From Atractiella rhizophila (Eukaryota): 64,000 bases of DNA. This document shows, piece by piece, positions 17,844 to 31,164 of this stretch. Where the stretch lies: contig MU271414.1 in assembly GCA_021432655.1 (NCBI GenBank), positions 1 to 64,000 on the forward strand, written 5' to 3'. A model generated the notes under the pieces. It searched no databases. It was not told the origin of the DNA and saw only the letters and a list, made by a program, of their open reading frames with translations. The position numbers and the translations under genes were made by a program. Each line of letters opens with the position of its first letter. The stretch's first letter is position 1.

Positions 17844-19137
17844 TCAAGCTCCTTCTGCCACATCCTTGTACACTTCAAATCTTCTTTGTGAAGTGACAGG
17901 AATCCCCGTTCGGATTTTGTTGATTGTTTCATAGTCTGCGCTTTCATCAGTCGTCTCCTTTTACGGTCGAAAGTAGAGACCAACCGATATCAGCATAAAT
18001 AATACATTCTTTCTCATCTGCTTCGGTGACAACCTTTCCGCTATACGCCTATTGAACAAAGGAAAGAAAGAAAAGATAGCCTGCTCACTAGGGGTCAACA
18101 ACCATTGAGTGTCCCCAGGCGATGTAATCTCCTTCCTTAGGGCTCTCGTTTCGGGCAACCGAGCAAAGGATGGAGTAAATCTGATTATCCACCGCTCTAA
18201 GAACGCACAATCACCATCACAGTTTAGTAGCCTGAGTTGTCAGATTTTGGAGGACGAACCGAGCGCGTGCGAGTAGCTCCCAATGGAGAGGGCCGGTAGT
18301 CATGTTGAACGCACCAGGATAGATCATGGTCGAGCATCCTGGTCAAGACAGTCAGCTGCAAGACCCTGTGCTGAAAGGTGCCTGCCTTTCCGAGCGGCAA
18401 TCATTGCTAGCTCAGGGAACCGGACGTCATAACAAATGGCAAGGCCGATTCTGCCAAAAGCTGAAGCCACATCAGCACTCTTCTCTCACTTGAACAAGAG
18501 AAACGGACGCGTCTCGAAAGTAGTTACCTCCTCCCCTGCAGAGAGTGTTTCGCTCTCTTTGAAAGTGATACCACCTGGAATGTCAATGTCAAAAAGGTGA
18601 ACCTTCCTATGCTTTGCAATCATTTGCCCTATTGGTATACTCAGTCAACAATGCTCCACGGTGAAGGGGAACAAGACAGACACTGACCTTTGGGGTCCCA
18701 GACGGTGGCCGTGTTGTAAATGTTCTTCCCATCCACCTCCGGGATGCTACCACCAACAAGATAGACTCCATGCTTCTCGGCTGCTTTAGAGAGCAAGTCA
18801 AGCGTGGGTGAATTTTTGGGGATCTGAGAAGACGGCGTGGGTATTGGTTCAGCGTGAATCGGGAAAGAGCTCGTAGCATAAGGGGAGTTAAATATTTCCT
18901 ACATCGTGTCAGTAGTTTCCACTTATATACTCGCCACCATGGAACCATCGTGGGAGGTTGTTCACTCACTGGTAAGACTACTAGATCCACTTTTTCCTTT
19001 CCGTCCCGAGAGGATTCGAGAATACATCGGTCGATGAGAGATTGGGCTCGTTTCAGATTGGCAGCTTTATCACTCGTAATGTGACCTAATTGGATGAGAC
19101 CGACACGAAAGGAACGTCCAAAGATTTGCGCCACCAT
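17844..19137 (-). CDS. NIT3: Carbon-nitrogen hydrolase, omega-amidase Nit3/NIT2-like
   Basis: [87 protein letters not shown]; the E-K-C catalytic triad is present. Confidence 0.92.
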
Positions 19138-19731
19138 CGTGGAGATTTATGGCTGCAGCGAATGCGTTTGATGAAACGAAGCTGAACTGACCGCCTCTGT
19201 TATTGACTAAAACTGAATGCCGCCCTATTGCCGCGTAATAGCTTCACGTAGTCAGGGCTTAAACAAACTAAACCACAACCTCTCCTCTCCATTGCCATTG
19301 CCATGCAATGATAAGGGTTCTCCTGTGAACGCCGAGGGGTGAAGGATAAATGAGCGATAATGTCATGAAAGACGGTTCTGACAAAGAGGAGTATTTCTCT
19401 CCCGTCAATTTTTGCCCGATTTGCGTGGCAACCTTGTTTTGTGGAGGAAGAGGAAGCGTGGGTGCTTGTTTCCGTTTCAGTTTTTGAGTCGGCCTGAGCA
19501 TTGGCAGATGGAACTTTGGTTGCCACATTCAAAGTACCTCTCTGAAGGTCCAAACGAACTCCAAGCGTGGGAGGGGATCGCATGGTAAAAGTGTCAAGAT
19601 CCGACGCCTTTCTCTCTCGTGCTTGCTTCCATTTATTCTGTGTAGGGCACACTCCTTTTTGGAGTACAGAGGAGCCAATAAAACAACAGGACCTTCGAAT
19701 CAACGCTCAACATCTCTTCCACTGTCTGATT

Positions 19732-19971
19732 ATGTCTCCCAAGTCTGCGAACAGCGATGGAACTGCATCTCCTTCAACCACAAAATCCACACGCTCGACT
19801 TCTTTCTCTAGTGTATCCTCTACTACACAGCGCGATCCACGAGAGTCTGGAACACTTGCCCTCGGCGTTTTGCAGATCATTGGCGTTTCAGAGGAGCTGA
19901 AAACGTTACAAAACCAACACTGCGCAGGAGACAAATCGAAAAAGTCAAGTAGCTCCTCAAATTCGAGGTAG
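19732..19971 (+). CDS. Possible small Ser-rich hypothetical protein (79 aa)
   Basis: ATG ORF downstream of an ATAAAA element, with an intron-like segment ending ctaac...gcag after the stop. No recognisable homology. Confidence 0.3.
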   Translation: MSPKSANSDGTASPSTTKSTRSTSFSSVSSTTQRDPRESGTLALGVLQIIGVSEELKTLQNQHCAGDKSKKSSSSSNSR

Positions 19972-20599
19972 CCAGAGGAGGTGATCCATCTGTGTTTGCT
20001 TTCATCACGTCTGTACGATTCTTTTCTTGCTGCTCTTTTCTAACCGGCAGCACAGACGTTAACTTCCTTTGTTTCAATCACGGCAACCTTTCGCCCCTTT
20101 CGCCTTCCTACCACTTATCCACCTCTGTCGGCACCTATAATATCCTCAGTTGTCATGACACAATACCTTTTAGTCCACTACTTGGTAGTTCATACGATAG
20201 ATACAAAACCTTCAACAATGTAGCAGTCTTACGATTACTAGGCGTGAAATCAACCATTTGTGTATATTGTCATATCATCGACCTCCTGTCTTCCCCACGT
20301 CTGATGTTGAAGATCATAGGACTCTGGGCTGAATTTCTATGGAGAATAGACGGGCAACTGCTCTTTGACACTGGTGCCTACAACATGCCCAGCCACCCGT
20401 CACAATTCGCTGCTGATGGGCAGCGATTCATAGAACAGAAGTGATACAAGCTTCGATTATCCCGCATCTTCCGCTAAACATTTTGATACAGAGAGGCTAA
20501 CTTCAATTCCCTTCACATTCAAGGCTTTCATCAAACTTTATGAAGAAGTCCACTGAAGACCTCCACAATCACTTTTATTGTTTATTAGCCGTCAGAGTG

Positions 20600-22125
20600 T
20601 GGATTAATCGAACGTTCGACCCTGGGCGACATCGTATTTTGCTCTTTCGTGATAGCCTGTTTTCCTCGTAATAAGGTCGTGCAGGCGTTGAACGTTGACC
20701 TTCAGCTTGTTTCTGCACCACGAAGGCATCTGTTTGACTCTTTCGTCCGACCATTCACAGTCTTGACCGCACCTGGATTGCTTCGGATGATCGTCGGTTT
20801 GTCACTTAACAAAACTGACCTCTTCTTGTCGCATCAGAGCAAATTTTTGAGGCAGCTGATCTGTCTGAATTCCAGCTTGGCAATTGAGGAAAGCGCTCTG
20901 AATTTATTGAACGACTGCCAAAGCTCGACCGTGTGCTAGCTTTACATTTTCTTCCTGGAGTTTTTTGCTCCTTTCAGCGCTCTCTGCATCAACTTCATCA
21001 GACCCATCTCTTCAGCAGATGAATTACCTATTCTTCTTTTAATACTCGTCTACTCATCAGGATGACTTCCCCGTATTTTTCGGATGTGCGTCGCACCTCT
21101 GCGAACCCCGCCTACATTTGATTGGTGTCAGTTGGGGAATACAGAGCGAATGGGAACATGCACAATGTTGAACCGAAACCTCTACTCTTGGCGGCGATGT
21201 GGAGATATCAGTGGTAGCCAGAGTTGAAGGGACAGCCGCAAATGACCGAGTTGGGATGGGGTAGCAGATTGTCCTGCGTAGATTCTGGTTGGATGGAATG
21301 GGCAGACGTAGAGTGAGTATCGATGGTGGAAACAGTGGAGCTGGGCTGATGACTCTGCTCTTGACTCTGAGGATGGAGTTCTTGTTGACATGCATTTTTG
21401 TTTCAATCCCATTCTCGGAGGAGCGTTGACGCTGTAATCGAACGTAATGGCAGATTACTGTTTTGAATGTGAGGGGGTTGGTCCTGACATTCTCGCGACA
21501 ACACTGGTTCCGCAGCGAAAGTGGTTGAATCCATGACACGAATCGCACCGTCTGTAGTACCCTCGTTGGAGTCAAGGGCACGACCTTTAAACTGGAAGTC
21601 GCCAAAAGGAATCTCGATAGTTCCACAACATTGTGAGCTGAGCCATGATTGATGGGAGTCACTGCTTCCCTCTTTGCGGTGCAAGTCATCGAGTATAGTC
21701 TGAGATTCCCTTAGAGGTCACAGGGAAAAAACCGGCTTAAATAAGACGAACTTTAGTTACCGCGAGGTGTTCTGCTTTCCTATGAAAGTGAAGGCGTGTT
21801 TTCGAAGACGGCTTCCACCGTATTAGAAAGACAGATGGGCAAGTTATCCATCTAGCGCAACCATCAGTCACAAGTCAGTAATGGAACAAGATAAGGAGCG
21901 TACAAGAGTAACAGCATCGAGCCTCTGATCTTCCCTAGGGTGAAACAGGCCCACTGATGCTGTTGAACCATCCCGACGACCAATGTCCGTTCCGTAGCCT
22001 TTTTATCCTTCATCCTTCGAGGTTGATCGGTAGACGAAAGCTCGTCGATAAAGAGAACATGCCACAGATTGCTTTCTCGTGGTCTGGGGTTCAGTACATG
22101 CGCCTTTTCGAGTAGTCGACATTAA
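20600..22125 (-). pseudogene. Possible degraded or hypothetical multi-exon gene
   Basis: Several intron-like GT...AG segments and open stretches on the minus strand, but I could not build a stop-free model. Confidence 0.25.
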
Positions 22126-23113
22126 CTTGATAAAGATTTAGTCAAAATAGTTGCAGGTTTCACTTGAAAACTTCACGAAGAGGTAGGCTACTAGTAGAAG
22201 ATGACAACTTGAAGACGTGGAAATTAAATGAGAAGTTACTACAGAGGTATGTGTTCTGTGCTTGCTGGTTTCTCAGCTTCTTTTCAAAATTGGGGGGAGA
22301 AAGGGGTAAACAAGTAATAAGAAGAAGCTCTCGAGAAGCTCATTTATATACAGTAATATACAGTAATTTGCCCTCCTGACGCGTCGACGTCAAATTTTGG
22401 GGACTTTGATTACTTTGAATTGCGGCTGCAGCCATCAAACACTATGGGGAACGTTTGAGTCCGCCTGTCTCCCCATCCTGGTATTTCTGCTTGGGTGTTG
22501 TGCTAGGAGTATGCATTAGACATCCACGAGTCGCACAGGGGTTCAAAATCTGCAGCACCAACGCAGACGCTGCTGTGACTGTGAACGAGGTCTGGATAGG
22601 AGCCAAACAAAAGAAATGAGAGTCCTATACTACAAGCATTGACTCGGGCAGGTATTAGCCGCTATAGCAAGGAAACAGATAGCTAAGAAACCCGATCTGG
22701 CATTCCCAACTCGAGCCTAGCTGCTGCAAACCCCATGAATAGTGACTGGGTCACGTACCAACCTGACAGGATCAGCGAGGATGCACATTAAGCCTCTCGC
22801 TGGTGGACGTCCTGGACATTGGTCCTATTGCACTGGTAAGGTGAGGCATTGACCACCATGCTTTCAGGAGCTACGATGGCATAAGCTAGAATAGACAGAC
22901 ATCTGCATCGACCAGTCTGATCCGGCAGGCATGCTCAGTCAGCCATGTTCAGAGCCAAACCTCAGGATGTGATGAAGATTGTGATTATAGTAAGTACGGC
23001 AGTCCAAAACTACTAATACAGCAAGAAATATGGATATGTACGGACCATAATGTTTCCACAAGAACGAACTGACAGGCAGTGACATCATCCCAACCAGCCC
23101 AACGAGTATCTGA

Positions 23114-25200
23114 TTAGCCAACAGCTTCCTCAGGCGGACGCGTTATCGGAGTGGTGCAAACCTATCTCTTTTTGAGTTTCCGCATTTGAAAAAAAGGGAC
23201 AAACTACGCACGCAACAGAAACTTTGAAAATGCAGCCAGGTGATAAGACAATCGCTGCTCATTTCCTCAGAACCCTGATAGACAGGATGACAAGAAGGGG
23301 GACGAACGCATGCAAAACATGCCCGCAATCAAGCCTACACCTCTTCCCGCCCCATCGTTCTTGTCCTCCGTCAAGTCCTTCATCCTCCCGCTCTGCACCC
23401 TCGAAGCAGACGCTACATCTCCAGTCTTCCTCTTCGTCGTCCCCATCGAAGAAGGGGAAACTGTTCAGGACCAATCGAAGGCATTCCACAGTCTTTCTGT
23501 AGAATCCACAGACCCGACGGAAGTGCGCGACGCGAGAACGGAGACATAGGAATGTGAACAGAGTTGACAGGGAGTGGGGATAGAAGGAGCGGAGCGTCAA
23601 CTGCATTTTATTCAATCTCAGCCTAAGTTTCTGTGAACGGAGCGAAAGCGACGTACGGCGACGGCCAAATATTGCGCAAGCCCAGCCACAACCGCGACTG
23701 CTTCCACACCGACCCCAATCGCCCATTTCATCTCCACAACTACCCCGACAGGGTCCGTCAGTCTACGTCTCTTCTTCTCATCCGACCCTTCGAAGAAAGT
23801 CGAGCCTCTGGTCCTCTCGTATGTAGGTCTCCTACGTGTTCGACGAGAGTTGTAGACGGTGGTAGTGGGTGAATTCCGTGTGGGTTTCTTAGATGGTGAC
23901 AGTCGAGAGATGGAATTGTAAAAGGGAGGAGAAATGGTTTTCGGCATTACTGAGCGGGGAATCAGATGTTTCATGGGTTGCGAAAGCGTCGTTAAACAAG
24001 TAATGCACTGTTTAATAACCCGATCAGTCAGTTACTCCACCATACAGAACAGATATGACAAGGAGGCACACCTCGAAGAAAATTACGATCTGTCCCAATT
24101 TGGGATATCTCAATCCTCCCCAGCCTCTGGGGGGTTCAAATCCGATCGGCGGGCTGATCCAGCTCTCCTTCCAAGCTTGGATGGCGATCAAGATGACAAT
24201 CGTGAGTGTAAAACAAAGCGTGATGAGTGGTCGGAAGTTGTACTTGAACGAGTGAAGGATGTGGAACTTTGCGCGTGAGATCCGTTTGGAGAGGGAAGAA
24301 GAGCGTTGGAAAGAAGGAATTGGGGAGTTCGAGAATGATCGCTTGTCGCATTCCGTTATTTCACGACTGAATGGAAGCGAGTGAGCAAGCAAGCACCCAC
24401 CTTGACAATCTCATCTTCGGCGGCAAGAGCGATGAGTTCGCAGCCCATGACGGCATACAGCAAAGCGACCACGACGATCCATGGCCTAGATTTGAGAAAT
24501 CCTTTTGGTTTCTCCTCCGCATTCTTCCCCTCCTCTTCCTCGCCCTGACTGGAGAAAGTAAAGAAGCCGAGCACGCTCTTCTCCCAAGACTGAACCGCAA
24601 CCCTAGCCTCCTGCTCCACCTCCGCCAGCCTTTCTTCAAAAGAAATTCTTTTTGCTTCCCGATCACAGAGGAGGCGACCGCGTTCATCAGTCTCTGTACA
24701 CGCAGGTGTTGGGGACTCGGAAGCCGCGGAAGGAGGGGAGGAGATGGAGATGGTGGAGGTAAGGTTTTCTCCATCGCCCGCTCCAGACGTGTAACCCCTC
24801 ATGGCTGCGTCGCCTGCGCCTTCTGTCCGGAAGGTACTGCTGTTCTCCAGCCCATCGGCCTGGGAAACGCTCCCATTCCCATCGGATAACTGGGTCAGAG
24901 GCAACACTGGAGCGGAGGACGAAGCATCGGAATCTAAGGTGGTCGCAGGGGCGACTTGATAGGAAGATGGAGCTGGCGGCGAAGTAGTAGAAGTCGGTGT
25001 GTAGGTGGGAGAGAGGAGGAAAAGGAGCAAGACGAGGAGAACCTTTGGACGCAGATAGAGAGTTTTCCACGTTTCGAGCGTCTACATCCAAAAGATGTCA
25101 GTGTGCACGTCGAAGGAAAGGTATAAAGGTTTCAGCAGACACTTCCCCAGTAGCTTCGGAAGAGAGACAAGCGGCACCAGGAGCATCCTGATGCTCACCT
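23114..25200 (-). CDS. Transmembrane RING-H2 E3 ubiquitin ligase; start uncertain
   Basis: Multiple hydrophobic segments and a C-terminal CSVC...CGHVLHA|DCLITWLHFQSFCC|VC (C3H2C3) after splicing. Confidence 0.8.
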
Positions 25201-25927
25201 TTCCAAGAAGAGGTAGAAGCAACTACTTAGTCGCTCTCACGTCCCACAAACACATGACAGGGTTCAGGTACTTGTCTTTCCAAACTAAGAGTTCCCAAGA
25301 ACGAAGAACAATTAAGTCTATTGATTCAATGATGCTTCAAACCGCTGGTCCCACCTACATTGCCAGGAAATACTGAGAGGTCCCAAACCATCACATGTAG
25401 AATGATTATCTGTTCACTCCACGGTGTAATACAAGTTGAAGAGCTGGATTGCTGGAAGTCGGGATGGGCTCCTCATCCGACGGACATGCACAATGGCAGG
25501 AGCTCCATGAGACCGACAGCGCTCGCCAATAAGCAGAATCATCTTAATCAGATCAAAACCAACCCGGATCCATTCATCAGCGCTCCATCTGCCTCGTTGG
25601 CAGCGGTATGCAACAAACAAGACCCAGGTATGCTCCAGAAGAGACGCTCACCTCCGGATTGGAGCCCAGCAACAGCATGTTGGTTATTTACAGGCTCTGG
25701 CCGCAAATATCAGTCTCTTCATCAAAGCCCTGTGATATCCCCTCGTCGTTGGCACTTGTTGACACGAGATCTGGTTTGTGGATTGAAACTGGGGAAGAGT
25801 CGGGTAAACGGGTACGTACGCGGAACCAGTCACGCCAGCCCAAAAGGGAAACAGCGACACTGCCGCATTTGATTAGTGACGACACCACCTTACACCTTCG
25901 AGTTGGGAAAGTGGTCCAGCTTTCAGG

Positions 25928-28900
25928 ATGGCCGACCCACGACCTTCTACAGACGAAGAATCAGCGCCTCTGCTCAGGCACGCGAACGAAGCAGAAGCGC
26001 ACGAGGAAGAAGAAGGCGGCACCGCTTATGGGCGACTCAAGACGCACTTGCAGCACCCTCAACATTTCACACTCTTCGAAAAGATCCTTCTCCTCATCGC
26101 CCTCCTTCTCCTATGCCTTGTCGGACTCGGATTCGGCCTTTTCGGAGGAGAAAAACGCAAATTGAACGAGGCACTGAAGCATAGGCATGACGGTGAAACG
26201 ACAACGGAACTGCATTGGAGCACCACGACGGTTACTACTACGACGACGGCCAATGGAGGTGGACCGACTGGGGCACCTGAGGTATGTCATTCCTTCTGTA
26301 ACACCTGCCAGATGTTTAGTGGTACAAGGTCTGTTTGACGGCGGAGTGCGTTCACATTTCCAGTCGGATACTCGATAGCCTGGACACCTCGATTGATCCT
26401 TGCGACGACTTCTACTCCTTTGCCAGTATGTCATTTACCTCCCCAAAGTATCTTGTGTTGAAAGACAGTGTAGACAACCAGTGGTTAAAAGCACATGCCA
26501 TCCCAGCAGGGCGAGCGAGTTATGGCGTATTCGAAAGCATTGATGCAAACAACAAGGCACGTTTCCCTCTATACTTTTCATCCTAAATGTGCTCACAATA
26601 TGACAGAAAATCATTTCCGACATTCTCACCTCTGATGCGACTTCCCTTTCTTATTACTCCGTGTTGGATGACCAAGAAAGGGCGAATCTGAAGGTTCTCC
26701 AAGACTATTATCAATCCTGCGCCGACATCTCCACTCTTGATCGGGTCGGAGAAGCACCACTGTTGGACGTCAGTTTCGTTCTTTCGCAAGTCACTGAATG
26801 CAAATTTATGGTGAATGAACAGGCTGTGGACGAGCTCATCCAGCTCTGGAGAGGACCTAGTGATTTCGATGGCGCAGAAGTCGAACCGTTGACGATCCAA
26901 GGATCAGCTAGTGATGCACTTAATGATGGAGAAATCGAAGCAGACGGACGTGCGTTATTTATTTCTGACACTGTTTACATACCGTAACGCTAAGGTCAGC
27001 ATGGGACTGGTTACCACCAGTTCTCCGTCCTCCTCGTCGCCGACCTCCGTCGAGTCCGTTCACCAAACGTCAAAGGCTCACCTCGGCCATTTTGTACCTA
27101 CACTCACGATCTGTTTTCGCTCTGTTCTCTGCTGGGCCGGAAGGAGATGTGCTCAATGACCCGGAGCATCTCATTCTCTCGATCTCGCAAGACGGTCTCG
27201 GATTGCCGAGCAAGGAGTACTATCAGGACAAAGAAGTTGTTGAGAGATATGAGGAGGTGGTCGGTAAGGTTCTAAAAAGCGTATTTGAAGACCGAGAGGA
27301 GACTTGGAGCGATTGGACAGAAGTAGGAAGGAATGTAGTAGGTTTCGAGAAACGATTGTCTGAGGTTAACTGGGACTTGTTCGTGTTTCACCTCCTCCTC
27401 CTGCTCTATACGAGGGAAATTAAACGTAACTGTCAACAGGGAGGATCAATATGATCCCCACAAATCTTTCAACCTCTACAATTCGTCAGCCCTCTCTGCC
27501 CTCTTCCCAATCATTTCTTTCCATGACTACTACGCTGCTCTCCAACCGCGACCGGAATACCCCGACCCCGTTTCAGTATCCACGCCTAGCTATTTCTCCA
27601 ACGCCACAACAATTATCTCGAACATCGACGAGGAGACCTTGGAAGCCTACTTTGTTTGGTCACTTGTCAGGAACTACGCCGATTATCTTGGACCTAGCAC
27701 TGGGTTGAGGACGCATGTCAAGGCGTGGAAGGATGGATTGAGGGGTGTGGACCCGAAGGACGAGGATAGGGAGAATACATGCATGGACACGATCCTCTCG
27801 AACGTCGGATTCATGGTTGGCGAGTTCTACGTGAAAGAAGCATTCCCCGGTACGTCTCCTTCCCCATGCTACGATTTAAACTCGTAGCTAAAGTGCGTAT
27901 AGGTCGAGCGAAGGAATACTCTGAAGAACTTATCCACGCCGTGATTCAAGCCTTCAGCGATCGTCTTCCTGAACTTGACTGGCTTGCACCCTCTGATCGT
28001 GAGGCAGCGGAGAGAAAAGCAAGAGCCATCCGCGTGAAAATCGGCTATCCGACGTCACCCAACACGACCAACCCTTACTCTATCGCCTCTTACTATCGTC
28101 TCAACCTCCCCGTCCTCACAAACGACTTCTTCGGTAACATCATCCGCTCCCAGCGCGCAGAGCAGACCCGCACTTGGGCGACTGTGGGAAGGAAGAAGGA
28201 TCGAGGACAGTGGTTTATGGTTCCCAGCGAGGTGAACGCGTACTTCTCGCCCAGCGATAACGAGATCGTCTTTCCTGCTGGTATCATGCAGACTCCCATG
28301 TTCAGTCAGGAGTGGCCGGAATACCTTGCCATGGGAGCCTTTGCTAGTGTCGCTGGCCACGAATTGACTGTGCGTCATTTCTTCCTTCTTTACATCGCTC
28401 TTTGCTCATCCTAGGACAGCACGCGTTTGATGCTCACGGCCGACAATATGACGAGAAGGGCAGACTCATTGATTGGTGGTCGAATGTTAGTATCTTCATC
28501 TTTCGTAAGAGGCATGAGACGCTAAGAGGAGTGTCAGTCAACGATCGAGAAATTCGAGCATCTGAAAGACTGCATTGTGGACCAATACTCAAAGTACTAT
28601 ATTCTCGATTCTCGCGGGAACAAACACTTTGTCAACTCGAAAATAACCATCGGTGAGGACATGGCTGATGCTGGAGGTCACAGTCAGGCTTTTACTGCCT
28701 GGAAAAAGAGATCCGAGAACCACGATTATCCAAATCATCTCTTGCCTGGTCTCAATTTCACCAGGGAGCAAATGTTCTTCATAGCCTAGTGAGCACCATA
28801 TTTTGACTTGCTCTGATGTCCATATTTATCTCGTGCACAGTGCACAAGCTTGGGCAAGGAAAATGAGCCCAGAGGAAGCTGTGAGGAGGATTCGTTTGGA

Positions 28901-29121
28901 TCCTCACTCCCCTACGAAATATCGAGGTAAGAAGATTCCATTGCTCATGATATCAGCTGACCGTCATAAAACAGTTAACGGCCCACTCACAAATGATCCA
29001 GAATTTGCAAAGGCTTTCAACTGGTGCGTTTTGTTGTTATGAATGGATTATGACTGACATGTTCCCGATCAGTCCTCTGGGTTCACCATTGAATCAGAAA
29101 AACAAGTGCGCAGTTTGGTAA
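25928..29121 (+). CDS. M13 family zinc metalloendopeptidase (neprilysin/ECE-like), 13 exons
   Basis: N-terminal TM anchor, DPCDDFYSFA, VNAYFSP, GHELT|HAFD (HExxH), GEDMADAGG, DPHSP, C-terminal CAVW*. An acidic dileucine motif EESAPLL lies near the N-terminus. Confidence 0.95.
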
Positions 29122-29522
29122 TGATCGTTCACGACCAAAATTCTTGTACATCAGTCATATTGCTCAATTATCAGCTATTTGTTGCGAACTTCGTTCAATT
29201 TTTGACCGTGAGTACGGAAAAAAACGATGATTTTCATTCAGCTTCGTACGACGATAGGCACGCATGAGAAATGTTAAGGTGAAAGCAATCAAATCGGCTA
29301 CAGGGGCACAACGTAAGGCTACAGGTGGACAGATCCTGGATGGAAACCGAAACATCTGGACGTATCCTTAGAAAACGAGAACAGAGAAGAGATCGAAGAG
29401 AGTTAAACAAAATTAAAGGTAAATGCAAAAACGAGGTCAACAGGGGCGGTGACGGCACACAGATAAACTTAGTTCGTTTGTCATTCGCTTCTGACAATTT
29501 CATCGTGAGCTGGATGAATGCA

Positions 29523-31164
29523 TTACTCGCCGTAGTTCTAGTAGACACAACGTTCAATGGAGTCCATAGTCCACTTAGGAAATAACGTACGATGTATTCG
29601 AACATGGCGGTACCAGTTGCTTGCTCGCCACCAATTTCTCCGCCGCTCGCATGACCAGAAAATCGAGCGTAAGGGACCCAATTGCCGGACAGAACGGTCA
29701 AGGCACTGATATGGTTATAAGTAAAAGAATGACAGCCAAAGAAGAACAATGGCGAACCTGCTGATGGTGAACTTGTATGTCTTGTTTCCACTCACGAATG
29801 TCAAATTCATTCCAACTTCTCCGTTTTGGGCATCTGTGAAGACCAATGGCGTCCCGGTCTGGGCTGGGGTAGCAGACCAAATATCCCCCCAAGTTTCAAT
29901 CTTGAGATTTTGCAAGGCCTTCTGTGCTGATGTCTGTTTCGCCGTGCAGAAGTTGATGCCTGGCAGAGAATAGATCAGAAACGGTCGTGCTGTTACTAAC
30001 AGGCGGACGAACGATTGTTACTGTTGCCGTAGGTAAGATATCCAGAAAGTTCCCAGTCGGAGGGGTCAGTCGACGTGATGCCAGAGCCCTTCTCCTTATT
30101 GCTCAAGAATACGAGGGTGTACTTTCCGAGGACAGCTAAGGACGAGTAAGGGCAAATACAAAATGATGGTGGAAGGAACTAACCACGTCCCCACACCCAT
30201 TGGTTGACAGTATTCTCGAGAGGTTGCAAACCAAAGTTTTGGTCGTGATAAGCTTGGCCGCTGCATCCTTTGTTAACTACAACGCTAACATTGATTAAAT
30301 ACTTGCCTGAATGAGTAATGTTGACCTTGATAGGTGAGCTCAATTTGGCCTCTTGCGCCGGGAATAACGTTGGTCCACCCCAAATTGGGAGACAGGAGAT
30401 TGTTATTCGTCACGGCAGGATCGAAGGTAGGTTTTGAGGTACTAGTGGGCAAGTTGGTGAACATTTCGTGCCATTGAAGGGAATACAAACCTATCACAGG
30501 GATAATGCGCTGGTACATCTTCCAGACCGTCGAGCGTAATCGTTCCGGAGGAAACTGAAGTATTGAAGCTGGTGTACTCTGGTTAGAGTTGGGTACGAGA
30601 GAAAGAGAATCCTCACGTCGCGACATATCTAGTTCCATCGGCATCAGAGACCCATTGTCCTCCCAGTCCCCAATCACCGTCACTCCCAATCGCATCAGTG
30701 AACGCCACTGATCCTTTATCGGTGATCTTTACGAAACGTGAGAAGGTGCGAAAAAAAGGATACACGGAGAAGACTGACTGGTGCCCAAGCGTTAAAACCC
30801 ACAGTTTGTAACGTGGCGATTAACTGGACATAGTAAGGGGTGTCGAATATTTGACCAAAAGGATAACCGGCGTAGAACACCACTTGAGCAGTGTAAACAG
30901 GATCGTCACCAACCAACTGCGCTTTTGCCATTAGCACCAATTGATTGAACCAGAAGGGAAACGGCGTACGTCCAGATACCACCAGGAGAACGGAGCAGTT
31001 GATGGATCTGCATTCACTTCTGGGAGCGTGACAAACGATCCATCCAAAGAGTAAGACACTTGTCGTGGTGGTCTTCGACGATCCCCCACAGTCGAGATGG
31101 CACGACCGTTGACCAGAGTGGAGAGACCAGATAAAATCAAGGAAAGGGATGCAAGGGTCAACAT
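29523..31164 (-). CDS. Secreted CrtC/AttH/Diels-Alderase-like beta-barrel protein
   Basis: Signal peptide MLTLASLSLILSGLSTLVNG; motifs FSWWYLD, VVFYAG, PAHYPC, GWTNVIPGA, FSGQAYHDQNFG, WVWGR and YARFSG. Confidence 0.7.

Noticed and set aside
29381..29392. ACAGAGAAGA resembling the U6 ACAGAGA box
   Set aside because: The following U6 sequence (TTAGCATGG) is absent.
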